DNA from: Oceanispirochaeta sp.
GTDB lineage: Bacteria > Spirochaetota > Spirochaetia > DSM-2461
DNA length: 64,000 nucleotides
Assembly: GCA_963663385.2 (NCBI GenBank)
Contig: CAXXXD010000002.1
Coordinates: forward strand, 928,001 to 992,000
Direction: 5' to 3'
Within the stretch, counting starts at the first letter, position 1; every line of letters begins with the position of its first letter. The notes beneath the pieces were generated by a model. That model did no database searches, had not been told where the DNA came from, and was given only the letters and a program-made list of their open reading frames with translations. Below, piece by piece: positions 27,892 through 38,085 of this stretch. The translations under genes were made by a program, and so were the position numbers.

Positions 27892-28929
27892 ATGAGTAAT
27901 TTCGAAAAATCCCTGCCCGATCCAAAAAAATATCCCATACTCCCTCCGGATATGGACTATATCTACTTTGAAAACCATAAAAGCTTTCCCTTTGAGCCGG
28001 AGAAGAAGGCGTTTTCCCTGAATAATGCCTGGTGGCTGGGGGAGTGCGCTTTTCTGGTGTACAACCACCCCGGTTTTGCCCGGATGGCTTTTAAACTGGC
28101 CGGCCTGGATCATTTCCGATTTTTCCAGGGGCCCGGCACGGAGTGTATGGTCTCTTGCAATGATGAGACCGTGATTGTCAGTTTCCGGGGAACCGAGATG
28201 AAAAGCTTCTCGGCCCTGCATGAAATCCGTACCGATCTGGATACGATTCCCGTTCCTTTCGATGGAGGAGGGAAAGTTCACAGGGGATTCCTGGCCGGGC
28301 TTGAAGAAATCTGGAGCGGCGAGGATGGCCTGAAGGCCTTTCTGGATTCCCTTCTGGCGGATAAACCGGAAAGGCCGTTATGGATTTGCGGCCACAGCCT
28401 GGGGGGAGCTCTGGCAACTTTGTGTCTGGCTCGTATTCCCCGGGCCGCGGGAGCCTATGTTTACGGATCTCCCCGTGTGGGAGACCAGGCCTTTATGGAC
28501 CTGCTGGAAGACCGGCCTTTTTTCAGAATAGAGCATGCCAGGGATCCCATCCCCATGGTTCCTCCCGATTTGCCCTCAATGAAGTTCTGTTTCAGGGACC
28601 CGGGACAGCTGGTTTTTATCGACAAACCGGGACGAATCCTCTCCGAAAGGACACAGCTCTCAACAGAGGATCATCTTATGATCATTGAAGGGGGGCTGGA
28701 GGAGCGCAAAAAACGCCGATTGCATCTTGCCGGTAAAGTAAAGGAGGCGCCCTTTACCCTGGAGGCAACAAAGGAGATCATGCTGGAAATGAACGATCAT
28801 CTGGAAAAGTCACTCAGTGAATGGAAACGCTATCTGAATACCCTTCACGATGATGTAGGGCTGAAGTTGGAAGATCATATGCCCATTTACTATTGTATAA
28901 AACTGTGGAACGCCCTGGTTAAACTATAA
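27892..28929 (+). CDS. Class 3 lipase family protein
   Basis: VSFRGTE, VHRGF, GHSLGGALA, YGSPRVGD, DPIP.VPP, C-terminal DH. Confidence 0.88.
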   Translation: MSNFEKSLPDPKKYPILPPDMDYIYFENHKSFPFEPEKKAFSLNNAWWLGECAFLVYNHPGFARMAFKLAGLDHFRFFQGPGTECMVSCNDETVIVSFRGTEMKSFSALHEIRTDLDTIPVPFDGGGKVHRGFLAGLEEIWSGEDGLKAFLDSLLADKPERPLWICGHSLGGALATLCLARIPRAAGAYVYGSPRVGDQAFMDLLEDRPFFRIEHARDPIPMVPPDLPSMKFCFRDPGQLVFIDKPGRILSERTQLSTEDHLMIIEGGLEERKKRRLHLAGKVKEAPFTLEATKEIMLEMNDHLEKSLSEWKRYLNTLHDDVGLKLEDHMPIYYCIKLWNALVKL

Positions 28930-29611
28930 ACCGGTAGCCCCGTCCCCGGACCGTCTGAATATGCCGGGGGAGTTCCGATTCTCCCAGCCGCTGCCGCAGT
29001 TTGGCTACGTGAACATCAACCGTCCGTGTGGTCGTTTCGCTTCCATAGCCCCATACTTCGTCCAGGATCCGGTCCCGGCTGAGAAGGTCTCCCGGGTGGG
29101 CGGACAGAAACTCCAGCAGGGCGTACTCCCTGGCATGGAGTTCGATAAAATCCCCGCCCTGTTTCAGAGTTCCCTTTTTCCTGTCCAGGATAAACTCTCC
29201 AAATGTCAGAATCCCGTCACAGTTGTTCTGCTGCTGATTCACACTGATGGCAGCTCTTCTCAGCAGAGCTTCTATCCGGGCCAGAAGCAGTCCCGTATCA
29301 AATGGTTTGGCCAGGTAGTCATCCGCCCCCTGACGCAGTCCCATAATGGTGTCCAGGTCCGTATTCCGGGCCGTAAGCATCAGGATGGGAGTGAATATAT
29401 TATCTTTTCTGAGGTTTCGGCAGACTGCAAACCCGTCCCGGCCGGGGAGCATGACATCCAGCAGGATCATGTCGTAGTTTCCCCTGCGTGCTTCCTCTTC
29501 CCCGGAGATCCCCTCTCCTTTGACCTCTGTTTCGTAACCTTCTGCATTCAGACGGTCTTCCAGTGTCATCTGAACGCCCGGTTCGTCCTCGATTATCAGT
29601 ATGCGGGCCAT
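28919..29611 (-). CDS. OmpR-family response regulator
   Basis: IIEDE, LLDVMLP, MLTAR, GADDY.AKPF, RTVDVHV.KLR, TVRG.GY. Confidence 0.95.
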   Translation of the reverse strand: MARILIIEDEPGVQMTLEDRLNAEGYETEVKGEGISGEEEARRGNYDMILLDVMLPGRDGFAVCRNLRKDNIFTPILMLTARNTDLDTIMGLRQGADDYLAKPFDTGLLLARIEALLRRAAISVNQQQNNCDGILTFGEFILDRKKGTLKQGGDFIELHAREYALLEFLSAHPGDLLSRDRILDEVWGYGSETTTRTVDVHVAKLRQRLGESELPRHIQTVRGRGYRFIV

Positions 29612-31410
29612 CAGTTTTCATCCCTGCCAAGCAGTTTTCCGGGTATTTTAAGGGTAAAACGGCATCCCTGCTGCTTTGTGCCGTCAATCTTTCTGTAGGG
29701 GCTTTCCACTTTCAGGTATCCTCCGGTCGCTGCTGCTTTTTTGGCGGTAATAAACAGACCCAGTCCGCTTCCCTTTTCCTGATTCTGCCGGCTGAACCGC
29801 CCCCTGTAAAAGGGTGAGAAAATCTTTTTCTGTTCTCCCGATGGAATCCCCCGGCCTTCATCCTCCACGGTCAGTATCAGAGCATCGGGAATCCCTGCCC
29901 GGAGAGATACTCTGATCGGACCCGGTTTCTCCTGGTAGGCATGGTTCAGGGCATTCATAATAAGGTTGTTCAGTCCCAGACGCAGAATTTCCGGATCCCC
30001 TGAAAACCGGTAGGATGAACCTTCTGTGTCCCATTTCAGGGAGATCCCCCGGGTTTCTGAATGGGCTTCTATTGAATTCCGAACGGTATTGAGTACAGAT
30101 TCCGGGTCCATTATTACCGGATCGGGGGAAGCCGCATTCCCTTCCATACTGGAAAACTGGAGTATTTCTTCAATCATCCGTCCCAGTCTCTGTACCTGAT
30201 CTTTTATCATGGAACCGTAAGGTTCAACCTTTTCGGGGGGAACTATCCCGTTTGCCAGATTATCCGCTGCGGATTGAATCACCGTCAATGGAGTACGCAG
30301 CTCATGGGTCATGGAGGCAACAAACTCCTTTTCCTTTTCCCGCAGTTTTTTCAGTCTGGCGTACTGGGCAACCAGAACCAGAAAAATCAGTCCCAGCCCC
30401 CACAGGATAAGTGTGCTCTGCAGCCAGTTTACCGCACTGCGCTTCTCGATATCCCTGTAAAAAGGGGCATCCTCAAAACCGATTATCAACAGGGACTCCC
30501 ATCCCCTGATGTCATCCCGGTCGAACCGGAAATTAAAATCTCTGCGGTAATCGGCCCAGTTCATCTCCGAAACGGATTCCGTATGTTCTGTATGAATAAT
30601 AAATGGTTTTCTGTTGAGCAGAGGGGTGCGCAGAACAAAAATATGATCCTGCTGACTGTTATGGGGGATGTTCAGAAGCGCCTGCAGAGGATTGAAGTTG
30701 AACAGATCCTTTTCATGACGGGGATTCTGCCAGCCCGGGTCATCCGATCTGTCTATCTGTTCCGGATCAGCCGGAACGTTTGTCCAATCCAGTTCGTATT
30801 GGCTCAGAAACTCCTCTACCGAAGGTTTTATATACAGCTCTTCAAACCGGAGCCAGTCGAATTCCATCAGAATGCTGTAACGTTCTGTTTCTTCCGGTTT
30901 GTACCGGATATAGATCGAGGGCCTGTCAGTACTGTCATAGGCTGTATTGAAAAACAGGAAATCACCCGGTTCCAGCTTCTCCTCTTCATCTGAAAGATGA
31001 AGAGGCGGTGTCCGGGGCAGGGCGGTCAGATGCCAGGATCCTCCCGGTTCGGCCGTCCACCACTCCTCCGGCGTCTCCCGGTCCAGATAACCTCCGGATC
31101 GGATTATCCCGGATCCATTGCCGAGGGTGCCGTAAATCTCAAGAATATCTGATATTTCATCCTTCAGAATCTCTGGAGTAGCATCGGACGTATTACGGAT
31201 GGCCTGCATCAGCAGGGACAGCCTTTGATACTCTCTTATATAGGAACGGAAAATCTGGGAGTCCAGCTGCATCCTCTCATCCTGTATCCTGTTAAATGTC
31301 TGATTTCTGTAAAACCTGTACAGCATGATATTTCCGACCAGCATCAGAAATATTATCGGCAGGAGGAGAAGAGGTATAGTTGCCCTGTTTCCCGTTTTCA
31401 GCATCTTCAT
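29611..31410 (-). CDS. Membrane-bound sensor histidine kinase
   Basis: Two TM segments, large periplasmic region, HELRTPL, NLIMNA, DEG.GI, GSGLGL. Confidence 0.92.
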   Translation of the reverse strand: MKMLKTGNRATIPLLLLPIIFLMLVGNIMLYRFYRNQTFNRIQDERMQLDSQIFRSYIREYQRLSLLMQAIRNTSDATPEILKDEISDILEIYGTLGNGSGIIRSGGYLDRETPEEWWTAEPGGSWHLTALPRTPPLHLSDEEEKLEPGDFLFFNTAYDSTDRPSIYIRYKPEETERYSILMEFDWLRFEELYIKPSVEEFLSQYELDWTNVPADPEQIDRSDDPGWQNPRHEKDLFNFNPLQALLNIPHNSQQDHIFVLRTPLLNRKPFIIHTEHTESVSEMNWADYRRDFNFRFDRDDIRGWESLLIIGFEDAPFYRDIEKRSAVNWLQSTLILWGLGLIFLVLVAQYARLKKLREKEKEFVASMTHELRTPLTVIQSAADNLANGIVPPEKVEPYGSMIKDQVQRLGRMIEEILQFSSMEGNAASPDPVIMDPESVLNTVRNSIEAHSETRGISLKWDTEGSSYRFSGDPEILRLGLNNLIMNALNHAYQEKPGPIRVSLRAGIPDALILTVEDEGRGIPSGEQKKIFSPFYRGRFSRQNQEKGSGLGLFITAKKAAATGGYLKVESPYRKIDGTKQQGCRFTLKIPGKLLGRDEN

Positions 31411-31471
31411 ACCAGTAAGTAAACCTTCTTTTTCTACTTTGTTCCAGAAAAAAAAGGTCCTGTCCGGCTGA

Positions 31472-31509
31472 TTTTACATAATTTACATTCCTTTTACACA
31501 GGCTTCACC
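31472..31509 (+). promoter_or_regulatory. Tandem direct repeats, likely OmpR-type regulator binding sites
   Basis: TTTACA at 31473, 31482 and 31493 plus TTCACC at 31504, between the divergent kinase and efflux genes. Confidence 0.55.
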
Positions 31510-31552
31510 AAAGGGATTTCCTCCGGACTTATAGTAGTGCCGGAGGAGCGGA

Positions 31553-32845
31553 ATGAACGAAGAAAAGAAAATTATACAACTGGACGAAGTGGGACCGAAA
31601 ACGTCAAAAGCCCGAAAGGGGAAAGTTCTGTCCGGCCTGATATTCATCCTTGCCCTGACGGCAGGGATATTTTTCTGGTTTTCCTACTCCGGTCGGAAAG
31701 ACGAAGTCTCCCTAAAAAACTATACCGTATCCAGAGTCTCGAAGGAACAGTTTGTATCAGCAACAGAAGCCAGTGGAACGGTTGTTCTTCCCATACAGGT
31801 CGAGATAGTCAGTCCCGATGAAGGGTACACCCTCAGCCTTAACGTGGAAGAGGGCGATACGGTAGGAACCGGGGATGTTCTGGCGGAGCTGGATGTTCCC
31901 GATCTGGATGATAAGTTAAATGAATTGACTGTGGACCTGAAACAGGCGGAAATAGAACTGGAGAATCTCGAGAATACCTACTACTACACTATCCGGCAGC
32001 TGGAACGGGATCTGAAGCGTCTTGATGAGGAGATCCTGGAGGCGGAAGAGGATGTCCGGATCAGGAAGGAACTGGCCGAACTTAAAAGCTCCCGGGAGAG
32101 CGACTATGAGGATGCCCTGGACATTCTGGAAGAGCTGGAAGAGCAGCGGGAAGATGCGGGGGATGATCTGGAATCTGCCGTCAAAGCCGGAGATATCGCC
32201 CTCCGGAAACAGCAGGCCGCTATCAATCAGCTTCAGGTGGATCTGGATATTGTCAGGGAGGATATCGAAGAGAACCGTATTAAAAGCCCCATCGCGGGAG
32301 AGGTCCTCAGCATCAGTGATGATCTGTATATCCCGGGAAGCCTGATAGAAGATACGGATACCCTTTTTACGGTAGCCGACAGGAATGAGGTCTATATCGA
32401 TTTTGATGTGTATGAGCAGTACGCCAGCCTTCTGGAAATCGGCGGCGAGATGACTGTAACCGTCGGAACAGATACCATGAAGGCCGAGATTATCAGAATC
32501 GGTAAAATCGCCACCATGGACACAGACGGCCTTTCCGCCATGATCACCGTCCGGGCTGAACCTGTTACCGATAAATCCCTGACCCCCGGCGCTTCGGCTG
32601 TGGCTACCATTACCCTGAGTGTACAGGACGACGTCCTGGTCCTGCCCCGCGGATCCTGGCTGACTACAGGCGGTCAGGAGTATGCCTATGTTGTGAAAGA
32701 CGGAAAGGCCTGTAAAACGAAAGTCGTTCTGGGCGAGATTCAGGGTACGGATGTGGAGATCCTGAGTGGTCTTGAAGCGGGAGACAAGGTTATAACAGGC
32801 AGTTATCAGGCCTATATCGATCAGGAAGTGGTTTCCCTTAAATAA
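31553..32845 (+). CDS. Efflux periplasmic adaptor (MacA/HlyD family)
   Basis: N-terminal TM, lipoyl half motifs V.EGD.V..GD.LA and IKSPI.GEV, long coiled hairpin, VEILSGL.AGD.VI. Confidence 0.88.
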   Translation: MNEEKKIIQLDEVGPKTSKARKGKVLSGLIFILALTAGIFFWFSYSGRKDEVSLKNYTVSRVSKEQFVSATEASGTVVLPIQVEIVSPDEGYTLSLNVEEGDTVGTGDVLAELDVPDLDDKLNELTVDLKQAEIELENLENTYYYTIRQLERDLKRLDEEILEAEEDVRIRKELAELKSSRESDYEDALDILEELEEQREDAGDDLESAVKAGDIALRKQQAAINQLQVDLDIVREDIEENRIKSPIAGEVLSISDDLYIPGSLIEDTDTLFTVADRNEVYIDFDVYEQYASLLEIGGEMTVTVGTDTMKAEIIRIGKIATMDTDGLSAMITVRAEPVTDKSLTPGASAVATITLSVQDDVLVLPRGSWLTTGGQEYAYVVKDGKACKTKVVLGEIQGTDVEILSGLEAGDKVITGSYQAYIDQEVVSLK

Positions 32846-32891
32846 ATAAACGGAGAACAGAACCCCGGCGGTGCGCCGGGAGGAGGAATAA

Positions 32892-33584
32892 ATGATAAAT
32901 CTGATAAATGTAAATAAACAGTACGACCTGGGAGATGTAAAGGTGAATGCTCTCCAGGGGGTTTCCCTGACCATAAACAGAGGCGAATATATCGCCATTA
33001 TGGGTCCGTCCGGTTCGGGAAAATCCACCCTTATGCATATTATGGGGATCCTGGATTCCATGAGTTCGGGCAGATACTTTCTGGAGGACTACGAGATCAG
33101 CTCCCTCCCCGACAGGGAGCAGGCCCGGATCCGGAACAGGCACTTCGGTTTTATCTTTCAGAGCTTTAATCTCTTCCCCGAATTAAGCGCCCTTGAAAAT
33201 GTCATGCTTCCCATGAGTTACGCCGGTGTGCCCTACGGCAGACGGAAACAGCGGGCGGGGGAACTGCTGGAAGAGGTCGGGCTGGTTCACCGTCTGAACC
33301 ATCTGCCTGCCATGATGAGCGGCGGGGAACAGCAGCGCGTGGCAATCGCCCGCTCCCTCTCCAATGAACCCGATCTGATTCTGGCGGACGAACCGACAGG
33401 GAATCTTCCTTCCGACAAGGGGGAGGAGATTATGCAGATCCTGGAGAATTTCAACCGCAGAGGGGTTACGGTTGTAATGGTAACCCATAACCCCGATCAG
33501 GGGGCCCGGGCCCGGAGAGTAATTAATCTGAAAGACGGTATCCTGCAGGAAGAAGGAATCCTGAAGGAGGAAATCGATGCATGA
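32892..33584 (+). CDS. ABC ATP-binding protein (MacB/LolD family)
   Basis: GPSGSGKS, GFIFQSFNL, SGGEQQRVAIAR, LADEPTGNL. Confidence 0.93.
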   Translation: MINLINVNKQYDLGDVKVNALQGVSLTINRGEYIAIMGPSGSGKSTLMHIMGILDSMSSGRYFLEDYEISSLPDREQARIRNRHFGFIFQSFNLFPELSALENVMLPMSYAGVPYGRRKQRAGELLEEVGLVHRLNHLPAMMSGGEQQRVAIARSLSNEPDLILADEPTGNLPSDKGEEIMQILENFNRRGVTVVMVTHNPDQGARARRVINLKDGILQEEGILKEEIDA

Positions 33585-34962
33585 TGAATCCCGTAAAATA
33601 ATCCTGCGCCGGTCAGTGAACCGTATGCTGGAAACGGGGCTTCTGATACTGGCAGTAGCCCTGGGGATCGGAGCGGCTTCGGCGGGGATGTCCCTTCTGG
33701 CCAATATCCTGCAGAGTTCCCGTGAGATGCTGGCCTCTCCCGCCTATCAGGAGATTGTGGTCAGCACTGTAGGCGAAGCGGACGAGATGGACAAGCCCGT
33801 TTCTCTCAAACCCGTATCGGAAGATGCTGTTCTGACTTCTGCCGATCTGGATGCGGCGGGTATGGCTCCCTCTGTGGATTATGCCTATGTAAAGAACCAT
33901 ATACGGATGCACTTTATCAATGAAGAGAGTATCGCAGAAGAGGAAGAGAGGCGGCAGGAGTTTGAGCAGATGCGGTCGGAGGCCGGCGGGGCATTGGGGA
34001 ACTCTGAAGGCGGTGAAGCTCCTCCCGAAGAGGGACCTCGAATGGAGCAGACCTCCCTGGAGGATCTGGAAAACATGGCTCTTGACGGGGACATTGTCAT
34101 TGCCGAACTGGAGGAGATTAACGGTTATGAGGTTACCCCCGGTTTTTTCGATGCCTGGGAGCTGACCGCTTCCTCGGGAAGCCTGTTTACCGAAAGCGAT
34201 ATGACCGGGACCTCTTCCATTGTTGTACTGGGGGCGGAAACGGCTGAACTCCTTGCCCCGGAGGGGGAACCGCCCGAATCCCTTCCGGGGAAGAAACTTC
34301 TGACCCGTGACGGTCTGGTTACGGTTATCGGGATAGCCGATAAAACGGGAGGCGATAACGATGATGCCTTCTTTCAACCCTATCAGAGTGACGGAGGTTT
34401 GTCCGGATTCCGCAGGATGTTTATGAATACGCAGCTCCGTTTTACCGTGGATGATCCTGACAATCTGGATGAAACGGCCCTGCTCCTGCAGAAGTGGTTT
34501 GACAGGGAATACGGAGAACAGCAGATTGTTATTTCCAATCCCCGTTCGGAAGCGGTTCAACTGGCCTCCCGTAATACGGGAATCGGTTTCCTTATCCTTT
34601 TTCTCTCTCTGGCGGGACTCTTTATCGCATCGGTTAATGTTTCCAATATCCTTATGAGCCGGGCCATGCGGATGAAAAAGCATGTAGGGATTCTGATGGC
34701 CCTTGGGGCTTCCCGCCGCCGGGTTCTGGAACTCTTTGGAACAGAAGCTCTGGGTATAACCCTGGCGGGAGCTGTCTTTGGCACCTTTCTGTCCCTCCCC
34801 CTCGGGAACTATATGCAGAGTTCTCTTGATATAGCCAGGGGATCGGGGATCTACACATTCCTGGGGGTTGTTCTGTCGGCAGCTCTTACCTTTATCTTCG
34901 GGATACTCCCGGCCAGGCAGTATTCCGGAATCGATCCCGCCCAAGCCATGCGGGCTGCCTGA
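33577..34962 (+). CDS. ABC permease (MacB/FtsX family)
   Basis: N-terminal TM, periplasmic core, NVSNILM...VGIL.ALGA, PA......P.QAMR. Confidence 0.88.
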   Translation: MHDESRKIILRRSVNRMLETGLLILAVALGIGAASAGMSLLANILQSSREMLASPAYQEIVVSTVGEADEMDKPVSLKPVSEDAVLTSADLDAAGMAPSVDYAYVKNHIRMHFINEESIAEEEERRQEFEQMRSEAGGALGNSEGGEAPPEEGPRMEQTSLEDLENMALDGDIVIAELEEINGYEVTPGFFDAWELTASSGSLFTESDMTGTSSIVVLGAETAELLAPEGEPPESLPGKKLLTRDGLVTVIGIADKTGGDNDDAFFQPYQSDGGLSGFRRMFMNTQLRFTVDDPDNLDETALLLQKWFDREYGEQQIVISNPRSEAVQLASRNTGIGFLILFLSLAGLFIASVNVSNILMSRAMRMKKHVGILMALGASRRRVLELFGTEALGITLAGAVFGTFLSLPLGNYMQSSLDIARGSGIYTFLGVVLSAALTFIFGILPARQYSGIDPAQAMRAA

Positions 34963-34978
34963 GGAGGTATGAAAAACT

Positions 34979-36289
34979 ATGAAAAAATTTCTAACCATGC
35001 TGATCCGGAACTGGTCCGGATCGCCTGTAAAAATAATCCTGACCCTGAGCTCCGTCGCCCTGGGTACGGGTATCCTGATACTGGCCGGCAGCGCCGGTAA
35101 AATCCTGGAGCAGCAGATTGCCAGCGAACTGGAGAAGGACGGTCTGGTACTGATGATGGCAAACGGGGAGTGGGATTCCAACGGAAAGGTGGAACAGACC
35201 CGGCCGACCGAGTGGGATTCCACAGCTCCCTCCGTTCTTGTCAGTGATATAGAAGAGGTTACGGCTGCGGTACCCGTTGTGGCGCCCCCTTTCTCCGAAA
35301 TCACCACGGAAGGGCAGTCCTACAATATGCGTTCGGTTGTCGGGACAGGACCGGATTATTTCACCATATTCTCCCTTGATATTGTGGCGGGAGTCCCCAT
35401 GACCGACCGGGATATCGATTCGGGATTCAAGAAGGTCTGGATCAGCAGCGAGATGGCGGAAATCCTCTACGGGTCAGCTGATGCGGCCATAGGCAAATGG
35501 ATCCAGCCCCCCGGTGAGATGCTCCACAGAGGCCCCGGGGGAGGGAAAAGCCGGAATATGATACAGCAGTATTCGGTGGCCGGTGTATTTGAATCCCCCG
35601 GTGAGGTGGCCCGTCGCTCCTACGGCATAGGCGATGCCGTCTTTCCCTATACGGCACTGCTTTCCGCGGGAGGCAATATTCAGAGGATGATGGATATGAT
35701 GGCCGGACAGCTTCTTCTGCAGGCCGGCAGCGGTTCGGTTGAGAAGGTGAGCGCTTCCATTGCCGAGGTGGTTGCATCCAACTACGGTTACGATATCGAT
35801 CTGGTTGTCTGGGAAGGTTCTCCCAACGGGGTTACCGATTATATGGATGAGCTTCGTCAGTCAGTCCGGATTTTCTCGGTTTCCCTGTCTATTCTGGGGA
35901 TGGTTCTTCTTCTTACAAGTTCCCTTGGAATCTTCAGTATCATGGTAGTGGAGGCTCTAAACCGGCGGCGGGATATCGCTCTGGAGCGCTCCCTGGGTGC
36001 TTCCCGGCAGATGGTCGTCCGGGAATTCTGGTCCTGGTCCATCGCTTTGAGTTTCACAGGTGCGGCTGTGGGCGTGATCCTGGCTCTAATCCTCTCCCGG
36101 CCGGTTCTGGGTACCCTTTCGCCCCTTGTGGGAGAGGTTTCCACCCGGTTCAGCGAAGCCGCCGGAGTCAAAGGCGGTTCCGTGTTTCTCGGAGTGGGAA
36201 TGGCTCTCCTTTTCGGCGGGGTGCTGGGGCTTTTACCTTCCTTCTCGGCTGTAAAAGGCAATATCGCCGAAACCTTGAGGGAGGCCTGA
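34979..36289 (+). CDS. ABC permease (MacB/FtsX family), second copy
   Basis: GIFSIM.V....RRRDIAL.RSLGA, 1+3 TM topology. Confidence 0.88.
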   Translation: MKKFLTMLIRNWSGSPVKIILTLSSVALGTGILILAGSAGKILEQQIASELEKDGLVLMMANGEWDSNGKVEQTRPTEWDSTAPSVLVSDIEEVTAAVPVVAPPFSEITTEGQSYNMRSVVGTGPDYFTIFSLDIVAGVPMTDRDIDSGFKKVWISSEMAEILYGSADAAIGKWIQPPGEMLHRGPGGGKSRNMIQQYSVAGVFESPGEVARRSYGIGDAVFPYTALLSAGGNIQRMMDMMAGQLLLQAGSGSVEKVSASIAEVVASNYGYDIDLVVWEGSPNGVTDYMDELRQSVRIFSVSLSILGMVLLLTSSLGIFSIMVVEALNRRRDIALERSLGASRQMVVREFWSWSIALSFTGAAVGVILALILSRPVLGTLSPLVGEVSTRFSEAAGVKGGSVFLGVGMALLFGGVLGLLPSFSAVKGNIAETLREA

Positions 36290-36290
36290 T

Positions 36291-37565
36291 ATGGGTAGAT
36301 TCCTCCATGCGGTAATAGTCATCATTCTGCTGTTGCTTTCGGGAGCTCTGGGGGCGCAGGAATTGACAAGTCTGGATGATATTAAAGCCTATGCCCTTGA
36401 AAACAGTCTGGCTTATAAACAGGCTGCCCGGGATGCGGCAAAAGCCGCAAATGATGTGGATGGTATACTGGAGCTGGAAGAGACAAGCTTTTTCGCGGCA
36501 GCTGATTATTCCGATACGGCAGATGAGATCAGTTCTTCCGCAGGGGCGGTTGTTCCCCTGATAGATCAGCTGAGCCTTAACGGAACCTGGTATGATGATA
36601 ACAGGACCAGTGTGGGAGTGAGTTTTTCTCCCCTGGTTCATAGCGATGACAGGGACCAGCAGGATATCAATCTAAGGAAAGCCCTGGCTCTGGCTGAGGA
36701 AACTGCTGTTACAGCGGAAAACAGCGCTCTTTCGGCTGCCCTGTACTGGATGGCCGTTTCCAGGCAGCTCCGGGTTCAGGAAGAGGCTGTATCGGTCCGG
36801 TCCGTTATCTATCAGGATGAGAAGGTCCGCTATGAAGCGGGAGAGGTCACCCTGGATGATGTCAGGGATGCCCTGGTCAGCTGGACCGAATCCCGTACGA
36901 CCCTGAGCAGCCTGCAGACCCAGCTCCGTCAGAAGGAGTCGGATCTGATGAAAGCGCTGAATGTGAATCCCGCGGAAGTCTCCATCCCTCTGCTGGACCG
37001 TACGGAACTGGGGAAGGAGTTGAATCTGCTGAAACTGTCTATCATTCCCGAAGAGACGGATGCCGCAGGCAGCTGCTCCGTGCTGAGTGCCTACCTGGCT
37101 CTGGAAAGTGTTCAGCAAAGTCTGGCGGATACGTGGCTCTTTGATCCGACTCTGAGTCTGACTGCCGGAGCTCTCAGGGAGGGGGGCGATATCACCTGGG
37201 AAGCGGGGCTGCAGTTCGGTTTTTCCCTGCAGGACTGGCAGAAGGTCGACCGGGAAGAACTGCTGACAGACCTGGCCCTCAGCCGGGAAGAGGCATTTCA
37301 GGCGGAACAGGCTGCGGATCTTGCCCTGCAGCAGGCCCTGATTGCTCTGGACAATACGGCCCGGAACCGGGAAGTCGCCGAACTGGAGCTTGAGCAGGCG
37401 ACGGATCTCTATGAGGAAGCTCTTTATCTTAACGAAATAGGGGAGTACTCGGAAGCCGAGCGGGATGATGCCGAACTGGCGCTCCGATTAGCCGAAACAG
37501 GTTTGTTCAGCTCCCTGGCCGATGAATACCTGGCCTGGCGGGAGATCCTCCTGTACCTTCCCTGA
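36291..37565 (+). CDS. TolC-family outer membrane efflux protein
   Basis: Signal peptide, ALENS, RYEAGE, repeated helical/beta architecture, last gene of the efflux operon. Confidence 0.75.
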   Translation: MGRFLHAVIVIILLLLSGALGAQELTSLDDIKAYALENSLAYKQAARDAAKAANDVDGILELEETSFFAAADYSDTADEISSSAGAVVPLIDQLSLNGTWYDDNRTSVGVSFSPLVHSDDRDQQDINLRKALALAEETAVTAENSALSAALYWMAVSRQLRVQEEAVSVRSVIYQDEKVRYEAGEVTLDDVRDALVSWTESRTTLSSLQTQLRQKESDLMKALNVNPAEVSIPLLDRTELGKELNLLKLSIIPEETDAAGSCSVLSAYLALESVQQSLADTWLFDPTLSLTAGALREGGDITWEAGLQFGFSLQDWQKVDREELLTDLALSREEAFQAEQAADLALQQALIALDNTARNREVAELELEQATDLYEEALYLNEIGEYSEAERDDAELALRLAETGLFSSLADEYLAWREILLYLP

Positions 37566-37615
37566 AAGGGCGCTCTGGTTTGGGCAAAAACTATTCTTTC
37601 TGTCTGAAGCGGAAT

Positions 37616-38008
37616 TTACTGCTCCCTGATCCATTCCAGGGCATTCCTCAGATTCGGGAAAAAGGCAAGGTTTATCCCTTCAGCCAGAAAGGGCGACTTG
37701 TGCATCCTCTGGTTCAGTCTGCTGCTGAAGTTTTCCGGCTCCACAACAGCCCAGGTTCGCCATCCGGCTTCTTTCGCCCTGGGAAGCCAGTCATTATGAA
37801 TCCAGTCTGCCCCTTCGTCGCTGATCCGGCCGTTTTTCCTGTTGTCAGAAATCCATTTGGTAAGATTGTGTTTTTTCAGGAATTCCAGTCCAGTCGTCAA
37901 AATATCCTGCCATACCTCTATGGTCACTGCGGTTTTCAGTGTATGAATCATTGTTTCCGACTCTTCCAGGTAAGCCAGAATATAATTGTCCGTTTCCTTG
38001 ATAATCAT
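37616..38008 (-). CDS. Small STAS/SEC14-like (SpoIIAA-like) protein
   Basis: KWISDNR, DW...W.PRA..AGW..WAVV.P, FF.....ALEW pattern. Confidence 0.6.
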   Translation of the reverse strand: MIIKETDNYILAYLEESETMIHTLKTAVTIEVWQDILTTGLEFLKKHNLTKWISDNRKNGRISDEGADWIHNDWLPRAKEAGWRTWAVVEPENFSSRLNQRMHKSPFLAEGINLAFFPNLRNALEWIREQ

Positions 38009-38085
38009 TATTAAACCTTATATATAAAACCTAGCCTGTTTCAGTAAAAAGGATCAATCGTTTAATCGGAGAGACAGAGAAAAAA

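Noticed and set aside
28919..28929. 11-bp 3' overlap of the convergent lipase and response regulator genes
   Set aside because: Short convergent overlaps are common and imply no functional link
33613..35307. 564-aa antisense ORF, and similar long antisense ORFs at 31916-33061, 26388-27380, 49354-50256, 53765-54607 and 56175-57029
   Set aside because: They lie opposite well-supported genes, have no recognisable motifs, and are expected shadows of codon bias in GC-richer genes
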